DNA of 64,000 nucleotides from the human T2T-CHM13v2.0 reference genome, Homo sapiens: NCBI GenBank assembly GCA_009914755.4, contig CP068257.2, positions 14,720,001 to 14,784,000 of the forward strand, read 5' to 3'. Shown piece by piece: positions 55,156 to 64,000 of this stretch (position 1 is its first letter; each line of letters starts with the position of its first letter). The notes under the pieces were generated by a model. It saw only the letters and a program-made list of their open reading frames with translations, ran no database searches and was not told where the DNA came from. The position numbers and the translations under genes were made by a program.

Positions 55156-58100
55156 GTAAGGCTACGATATCAAATCTACTTTTTTGGGGGAAAGTTGGGC
55201 AGTGAGACTGCTTAATCGCAACCAATGTGAGTTTAGAGGGTGCATGTTCACTTTTGTAGAAGTTCAAAATGTACTGACGATTGTTTGCTTATTTTTTGTT
55301 TGTTTGTTTAAATCTTAAAGGAATACTGTCGTCTGCGTTTTTACGATTTTGTTTTCTTCTATTGAACCCATTACAGTGGATATAGAGTTTTATTATATAG
55401 CGAAATCTTTGTAAACTGCCACAGAAAGAAAGTGTTATTTAGAAGGGAAATTGACAAGTTTTAAAGAGTAATTGTACAATCATTTGAGGACAGAGGAACA
55501 CTGCATTATACTAATAAGGGTTTAATTACCAAAAAAAGTTTAATGTTGCTTTGGAAGGAATATTAAGTAAGTTGTCTTTGTCTCTTACTTTTTAATTTTA
55601 GTCGCTGATTTAGCCTGTTGGGTCACATTTTTTGTTAGTGCTGAAGGCTGCCATGAATCCGTAATGAGGCCCCTTTGCACATGATTTTGGCACTTGGCCA
55701 AAATCAACTTCCCAGCGGCAAGCTTTCTCTAAAGAACCTGGAGCAATTTCTTTCTTTTTTTTTTTTTTTTAAATCAGGAATCATGTCTGAAAGCTGCCAC
55801 AACCAGTTGTATAGGCATGTCAAAATGACTTTATACAGTCAATATGAAACAAGCATTAAATATTTTTTCTCATGTTGTTGCTTTTATCATTATGAATTCC
55901 TTGCTTGTTGCCACCTAAGATACGATGGAGCAAGCACAGTCTTAAAGAAGATTTGCTGATTTTTTGTTTTTCTCAGCAGACCAGAGTAGGTATGATCATC
56001 TTATTGAGAAGTATACAGTGCAAAAAAGGTTTTTCAAAACACTACAGGATAAATAACAAATGAATTCTTAAAACTGTTAATCTCTGTAAGTAATACTCAG
56101 TGAACAGTAAGTAATGGAGTTTTCTAGAAGTTTCATCGTGCGCGCAATTAAGCTTAACATTTTTATAGTGTTTTTGTCTATGTTAAAAGGTAGCATTTGG
56201 GATTTTTAAAAATGTCAGCATTTGCTATATAATTTTAAAAACGTATTAACACCTTGATATTATTTCTAACAAATGTTTTAATAGAAATGCTTGGTATATA
56301 AACATGGCTGAATAACTTTTAAGTAATTGTGTTTAATTGCTGTTTTGCAATAAAAGGATAATTTTTCATGAAATAAATTTTGAAGCTCAAAGGTACTTAA
56401 CATCCAATTTCTGGAACTGTTATTAATTTTGATATTACTATAACTGAATTTTGTTCTGTAAGCCAATTTTATACTCTAGTGTTTTAAGAGTTAAATTCAC
56501 GAGTGGCAATGAAATACTATAGCAATCAAATATTAACACCTCAAATTTTCTATAGCCATTTTCAATAATATCTTTAGACATTAAACATAGGTACTCTACA
56601 GAATAATTAGAAGTAGAAAAGTGTAATATCAGTTGCTCTATTTTGTTTTTTTAAAAGAAATTTTATTATCACTATCGTAAATACTATTATGCCTTGTGTG
56701 TTAATCTGTAGTAATCCAGAGTGCAACTTTATTTTACTAGAAACAGTCATATTTCTCTTTAAAATATTGATGAGAATCAGATACATTATTTTTTAAGAGT
56801 GACCTAATTAAGAGATTTCTTAATAGGCATGTTTATTCTGTATTTGTCTTCCCTTTACAGTATAGAATATTGCAAATTTTGGTGATAGAAAAAATCATAT
56901 TAATTTTAGGTAAATTTTAGGATTAGAAATTGCCTCCTGATTTCCTTCAGGTCATTTTTTGTAAATATACAATTTATATTTGTTTTGCTGTGGACCAAAT
57001 TATGATACTGTAAAAACCTTGCTATTAGTTTAACCGAGGAATGGAGTGTTTGGAATTTTCATACTAGTCAACATTAAAAGCCATAGAAGTTATAAATTGT
57101 TATTAATAGAAATTTACCTAGATAAGGTCTCTTTGTATGTGAGTTTACAGCTGAATTCTTATTTAATGTAATCTTTGTAATTTATATAAAAGCAGTTAAT
57201 AAAGGTAAATATTTCAAAACTTGGATTAAAAACCAAACATTTTCACATTTATTATCATGAAACAGGTGCAGGAAAAATAAGATAGCTTCTCTTGTTGAGC
57301 ATGATTCTCACTTAAAAATTAATTTTGAATTCAATTTTAATTTTAATTTTAGCTCTTACACACATCTTCTGTTTTTATTTTTTGATTATTTTGAATCAGT
57401 TGTTGTACTTAGCATTTGAAATTGATAGATTATTTTTCTAATATTTACTAAGAAATGTTTTAACTGAAAATTATAGGGTATTCTTTGTTAATCAGAGCCC
57501 ATAGCAAAGTAAATGCCATCAAATATAGAACTTTTGGAGTACACAGAAGTGTTAGTTTGCGAGTTCAGAAGAAACTTACTTGTACACGATTACTGACAAA
57601 TGTTTTTTAGTTGAGGTAGAAACAAGTAAGTATTAAGGACAATTTAAATTATCTTCCTTACTGAAATAGCTAAAAAAATTGCTTTCTTTTGCTATGGCAA
57701 TGCGTTGTAATTATTTCCATAATCTAGGCTTTTTAGCAGAATTATTAGCTAGTTTTCCTTAGGACCAAAAATGCAAAACACTGATTACATTTCCTTCATT
57801 GAGTTAACATTTTAAAAATACTATATGGAAATGTAATTACTTTTAAAAAGAAAAATATTTTAATATTTTTGTTGAATTTCTTCAATTTATAAAGAATAGC
57901 TCGAACAAGTTTTTCGTTCATCTTTTCCCCCATACTTATATTGGAAATATTAAAATCTATGAAATTTTACAATGTGGAATCTCTTTTACTCTTCAGAAAA
58001 AGTTAAATTCATTTATAGTTGTCAATTCAAATTATGGACTTTTACCATTTTAAATGTGACAGGGTTTTTTGTTTGTTTATTTTAATTATGCAACAGGCAC

Positions 58101-60671
58101 TTAAAATACTTTCTTTCCCTCCAATTAAAAGAGACATTAAATAATTAAACATCAACTTTTATTCTGTATTGAAAAGAAAGCTTTACCATTGCAGTATTTT
58201 ATCCACAATTGTTTAAATGTGAGAAATGTTTACAACAGGGTATTTTAGGTGAGCATTTATCATTTAAATGAAGTGCTTTGTTCTGAGGAGTCTAAAATTC
58301 AGCAATAAGATAAATGCATTGCTACATTAGATTGAACATCATTGTTGAATTTTTGGCACAACTTCAGTGACCTCGGCCATAAAAACTAGTATAGTCAGGA
58401 TGATTTGGAATTTGCAGTAACAAAACTAGATATAGAAGCACGTGAAGACACCAACCTTTGTTGTTTTGGAGAAAGTATGCACTAAAATAAAAGATGATAC
58501 CTTTCATATAAACTGCTAATAATAATACTTTGTTATTTCATTAATACAATAAAAGTGAAATATTAAAACAGTAATTATAATCTGTAATGCATTTGTAAGG
58601 CTTTTCTCATAAAATTAACTGCCATATTTTACTCTTTTATTAGATGAACAAATGTCATATTTCCAAGCAGCCAACATAGAACTATAGCTTATATAACCAA
58701 ATAATTTTTTAATGTTACTTTGATTTATATACAATTGATATTGTATAGAAAGAATCACGTTAGCTGATTTTAAGTCTTGTTCAAATAAAAGAAGCATTGA
58801 TTTGCACTTGTTGCAATTTTTTTACTTTATATTGGTTTAATTTTAAAATTATCACAAAGTAAATATTACTGTTTGATATCATTCTTAAACATTCATTTTA
58901 CAAGCCACCTGACCTATTAGCTGTTTAAACAATGATGATTTATATCTTGCTATAAATTCTTCTCTCAAAGTCAAGACAAATAGATCAGTAAAAGAACCTC
59001 TTTTTTAATGCTCAAAATTTTTTCTTAAAAAACAAAGAATTTTTTTAGTTTTCTTTTGTTTATGTGTTCATGTGTATTTGCCAACCTGTGTTTTTGCCTA
59101 CATCCTGAAATATATGTCTTTTGAACTCGAGGTTGGAAAGTCTGATAGCAGGCTCTTAAGTTTATTCTTATTCCATATTATTTTTTATAAACAAATTTAT
59201 TGAGTTTCTTACTGAGAGTAAGTCGATATATGAATCAATATTAATGATCACATCAAATCTGAGGATTTGCTTCCTTTAAAGCGCTGAATATTCAGCATAA
59301 ATTTGTGCTAATTTACGTGTTTATAGAGTGATTCTAAATATTTGATTAGTATTCGTTTTAAAGATTTACTAATTCTTTGAAAATCTGGAGAACTATCGTT
59401 TGCTTAAAAAACTAATATCTACTAAAGTTGTAATTGTCTCTGCTTTGCTATTATTGAAATATTACATAATCTCTTGTTTAAAAATATCATGAGACTAAGC
59501 TATCGTGCCTTTCTTTCCATTTCTCCCACTAACATCTGAGGTCAACGTCTGTAAGAGGAAATATCTGAAAATATTTCAAAAACATTTTCTTTCCTGTGAT
59601 AATCAACTGCTTTATCATTTGCAGAGATTTTGAAAGGAGTAACTGTTTTATTTGAATGCTTAGATAAATGTGAGGAATATATGGGCTTTCTGTGGACTTC
59701 AGTTTTAAAACTAAAATAGAAAGTAAGATGGAGAGTAATAAAATGATATATTTTATAGCAACTAATTACAACTTGCTGTTCATACATAAACAACACGCTG
59801 GAAAGGTAGACAGTGGGCTTTGAGAGCAGCTTTCATTTACTCAGTCTGTAAGAACTCGTGAAAATGGTGTCAAAGGGATGGTGGTGATCCATTCTGTATG
59901 GTCCATGGTGCTTTAAGCTTATACAGTCATTTACCATATTTAAATCCCCGAGTCTTGCCTCAGAGCCCCAATCACCAATCTCAGATATTTTTACAAGGAG
60001 AGAGGAGTTACACACTCATTCTTGTTCACTGGAGGATCTGTGATAGCGTTTCCTTGGCAGAAGCAGGGTTCTTCTCTGTATAGTGATTTTTTTTAAATCC
60101 CTGTTTAGGTAGTTCAGCTCGTTCAGTTGGACAAATCAGCATTATAACCAAGCTGACTCAGCCTTAGCAAGGATCACTAGTTTTTCATTTTGCCCTAAAC
60201 CTGGGCATTTTCCTGAAGAATATGGACAGTTGTGCATGAAAGGTCAAGTTGCTAAAAATTATAGAACATGCATGTTCTACTTATGAGTTACTAAGTTGTG
60301 TTTTGTGTTCAAAATAGTATATATAAATACATGTTTTGTGTACAGAATATTTAAACAGTGATAGAAACAGTTGTTCTGAAATTTAAGTTATGGGATTGGC
60401 TTTATTCCAATTCTACTTGAGATGTCATCCAAAATTACTTTTCGAAAGCACTGCTTTGAAAATTTCCTGTTACAGTCTTCATGAAGTATAGTGATCTGGA
60501 TATGAATTTTCTGCTAGTACAGGAGTTTGGGAAAAATACAAGTATATGACTATTGCATGTTCTGTGGGATTCTAATCTGATCACATGCTCTTTCCTCTCC
60601 ATTCCTTGGGCCCATTCATAAATATTCTATGGAGAGTTATTTTTTTTTTCCTGTCAACAGCCAATTTTAGT

Positions 60672-60813
60672 CTTTATTTTAATTTATTTCTTTTTAGAGA
60701 TAGGATCCTACTATGCTGCCAGGCCTGGAGTGTAGTGGCTCTTCACAGGTGTGATCATGGCCCACTATAGTCTTGAAGTCCTGGGCTCAAGAGATTCTCC
60801 CACCTCAACCACC
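60672..60813 (-). mobile_element. old Alu (AluJ/FLAM-like) fragment, antisense
   Basis: A T-rich tail is followed by agagataggatcctactatgctgccaggcctggagtgtagtggctcttcacaggtgtgatcatggcccactatagtcttgaagtcctgggctcaagagattctcccacctcaaccacc. This matches the reverse complement of the AluJ right arm (gagacagggtctcgctctgtcgcccaggctggagtgcagtggcgcgatcatagctcactgcagcctcgaactcctgggctcaagcgatcctcccgcctcagcctcc). Confidence 0.7.
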
Positions 60814-63800
60814 AATTGTAGATGTATTCAGATAGCATGACATTTGAAAAAGTTGATGGAGAGAAAATTCCTACTGAAGTGTGTTATAGATATCTCTAAA
60901 ACATCTTTGGTTGTCAGGAAATGAATCAATGATATAGAAACAAACAATGATTTGTAATCTTGGCAGATAAACAGAGAAATAATCAGTTCAGAATATTTAT
61001 GGAATGATAACATTTTCCTGTTGATATATTTTTGTGCCAACAAATTTAATTTGGAAACTGGTATTTGTTACTAGAAGGCAGTAATCAATTTTGGTAATCA
61101 GTAGTTTTAAATGCTTTATTCAAGACCAAGGGCTGATTTATTGAATGAATAGGTCTTAGATAAAATGTAAGCTATTGGGCCAACCCATATCTGGAATTTG
61201 TTTTTATTTTCAATACCCAAGTCATTAAGTGTAAATGTAATAGTATTTGCATATTTTCAACTTTCAGATTAGTCATGTCTACCTTTGAAATTTGTTTTCT
61301 CCTTAGATAAGTAACTTATGAGTAATCAAATATCTTGCAATTTCCATTTTCCATCTTAAAGCCCGTGCAAGATCAAATTTGCAGTTGCTAAATCACATAA
61401 AAGTCTGGATTAATAGCAAAATGAGATTATGTAGCCCAAAATGAAATTATAAATAAAGTGCAGGTGTTTGCTAGGATTTGTGTGGTCAGATATACAAATA
61501 GAATCACAGGTAGAGTTTCTCATTTCTCACTTGAGAAAAGTGCAATTAAAAGTAATTTCCAGATGTTCAAATGCACAGCTGCTTTCTCCTAAACTAAATT
61601 TTGCAGAAATGAGCTAAATTATAATGGGTTTAAAAGTCACTACGTTTTAATGGTTTTTAAATTGAATTTGAAACATCATTACTAGGTTTACCAGATGAAG
61701 AGAGTTAATGCTTATGAGTACCTGGTACAATTTTCATTTAGGTGGCAGCAGAGCCATTAACGTATTGGAAATTATAATAAGACCAAAACTTACATTGGGT
61801 TTGAAAAAATTGATTAGTATGTGTGTTGATACACTCCATGCCTTTATGAGATTTATATTATATACTCTATGACACTATGAAAGTTATTCAGCTATAGGTG
61901 AAAGAAACGTGTGTATATGTTCATAAAATGGTATGTGTGGGGGGGAGGTGTGGGTGTGTATGTGTGAAAGAGATTTTTACATTTTCTTTGCCTAATGAAA
62001 AGGAAAATAGCAAGAATAAGATGCAAGTACACTGTTTGAAATATGCAAGTCTATTAAATTGTTTTTACATATCAAATTATAAGCAATGACTATGAACCTA
62101 CATATCTGTAATATCAACTTAAAAAAATCCATCTATTTTACTCAGAGTTACTTACATGCCCAATAGCAATAAGCTACTGTCATAAATATTATCCCATTAA
62201 GTAAAGTCCTGTTCTTGACTAAGTTTTCTTGGGCTTGAAATAGGCTTTTCTTTGCAGCCAGGAATAGCCAAGTTTTTTCTAAAACTCTTACGGGAAGGCG
62301 TGTGGATGGTTAAACGAGGAATGGGAGGTAAAAAGTGGGGGCATTGCATTGGAATAGAGAATTAAAGAGCTTTTACCCTACGTAAGCTCAGAAATTTATC
62401 ATTAAACAATCCATTAGTATTTCCACAACAGTTTTCAAAGCGCACTGCTGAAAGAATTTCAAAAATTTGACCTTGGAAGTGATTAGAAAACTGACGCATT
62501 AGTTTTGAGTATGATGGTAGAACACTTTATCCTATGTACGACGTTCTTTCAAGTGATTGACTCGTGCCCTTGAAAGCATTATCCATGGCCAGTGATTGAT
62601 GGACTTGTTCAGGTCCTATGCAGAGTGCTTCATATATCTCATCTCAATCCTCTAAATAACCATGAAAGTTGATGATTATCTCATGGTACAGATGGGAGGC
62701 TAAGAGTGTTTAATTTTCCCCAAGTTCCAGTGCTAGTAAGTGTTGATGTCTGGATCTGAACCTGTGTTAATGGTGTTTCTAGTCGATGCTGTTATCTGTT
62801 GCACCACATTTTGAATAATCTTGGACTTTCAGAGTATGAAGGACGATTAAATATAACCCTTTGGTATAAATGTTCTCTCTCTCACTCCTCTGTAACAATT
62901 GGAGAAACAGAGTTCTAACAATATTAAAATCAGCCATAGACAGAGAGTAGTGAGAAATATACTTTTTTTAATACAGAAGGTTCCCTGAAGTACTTTTAGT
63001 ATTATTCTAAATTAAGCAATAACCAATGAACAATTTTGGTCATAAGCAGTTTCTCTCCAGAAAAAAAAAAAAAAAAAAACAGATAATATCCATGAACAAA
63101 GGTTCTATAATGTGAGTCTCTTTTGCACATCAGTGGCTTAAAATAATGAGTAGTGGAATAGCATAATAGGGGGAAATACCTCTCAGACAGGAAATTGCAC
63201 TAGCTTGTTTTGTCAACATATACATTACTATACCCAGAGACATACAAGAGTTAGAGACTCACGGTGAGTTTTCACTGTGGCCATCTGTGCCATCCCGTGC
63301 AGGACTCTACTGTGGCATTCCACAAAAGCAAATCCTCAGAAGCCTTCTCAAAGTGCTTAACTGCCTTGAAACAGGTGTTTCTCACTAGACAACAATGTCC
63401 GTTTACTTTAAAATTCAGAATTTCCCCATATCACATGCTTGTGAAGAAAGAAATTTGAACTCTATTATAGTCTAGTTGTTGGCAATTGTTATAAAAATTA
63501 GATTTCTAACCTCTATTGATAGCACTATACTTGAAATGAGAATGTGGGCATAAAATACTTCTTATAAACTTGTTTTTAAGTTTTATGTAATGTTGGCTGT
63601 TACAGGTCAAGATATGAACACTGAAAATTTTGGGCCAAAGTCACTTTTTCAACACTGGCCCATTTGAGTTGTTGATTTTAGAGCTGGGATCATTGAATGT
63701 TATTTTTTCATACCTTTATTTTATGCAACAGAAAATGAAGGCTTAAAGAGGGAAAAATGGCCTTTCTGCTCATGGTCATAATACTAGCGCCTGGAGAGTT

Positions 63801-64000
63801 GGCTTTGATCACAGATTTTCCTTCCAGTTTTCTATTCCTTCATTTATATAAGGCCATTTACCCTCTAAATCATTTACATCTAGTTATAAAATATCTTTTT
63901 CTTTTCCTAAAACTTTAGTAGTACAGAAATACAATTGAAGGAGATTTGGCTTCGTTGGTAAATGTAGAAATAACTAATAAGAGGTATTGAATATAAACTT

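Overview
This window looks like primate, almost certainly human, genomic DNA from an AT-rich, gene-poor region. I see no prokaryotic-style gene system and no convincing protein-coding exon. Essentially every ORF of 60 aa or more in the six-frame track is explained by transposable-element remnants or low-complexity sequence.

What is in the window:
- At least 17 Alu insertions or fragments, several with clean target-site duplications (TSDs).
- A 6.7 kb HERV-H-type provirus on the minus strand (27286-33958). It has LTR7-like LTRs, a PBS matching tRNA-Phe, and degenerate protease, RT and RNase H remnants. The internal region is heavily deleted, and a nested L1 3' fragment sits inside it.
- A 32-bp tandem repeat inside the provirus LTRs, with 6 copies in one LTR and 15-16 in the other.
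- A Tigger2-like pogo DNA transposon (37258-40087, minus) flanked by TA duplications, carrying a nested Alu.
- A 3 kb 5'-truncated L1PA-type fragment (45358-48405), an older L1 ORF2 fragment, and several other old interspersed-repeat fragments including a probable solo LTR.
- Simple and low-complexity repeats.

The most interesting points are the LTR-embedded minisatellite, the nested insertions (L1 in the provirus, Alu in Tigger, Alu in an Alu tail), a weak candidate promoter/first-exon signature near 54.6-55.2 kb, and an unusually repeat-poor final ~13 kb. Family and subfamily names are recalled from memory, not from a database search, and should be confirmed with RepeatMasker or Dfam.
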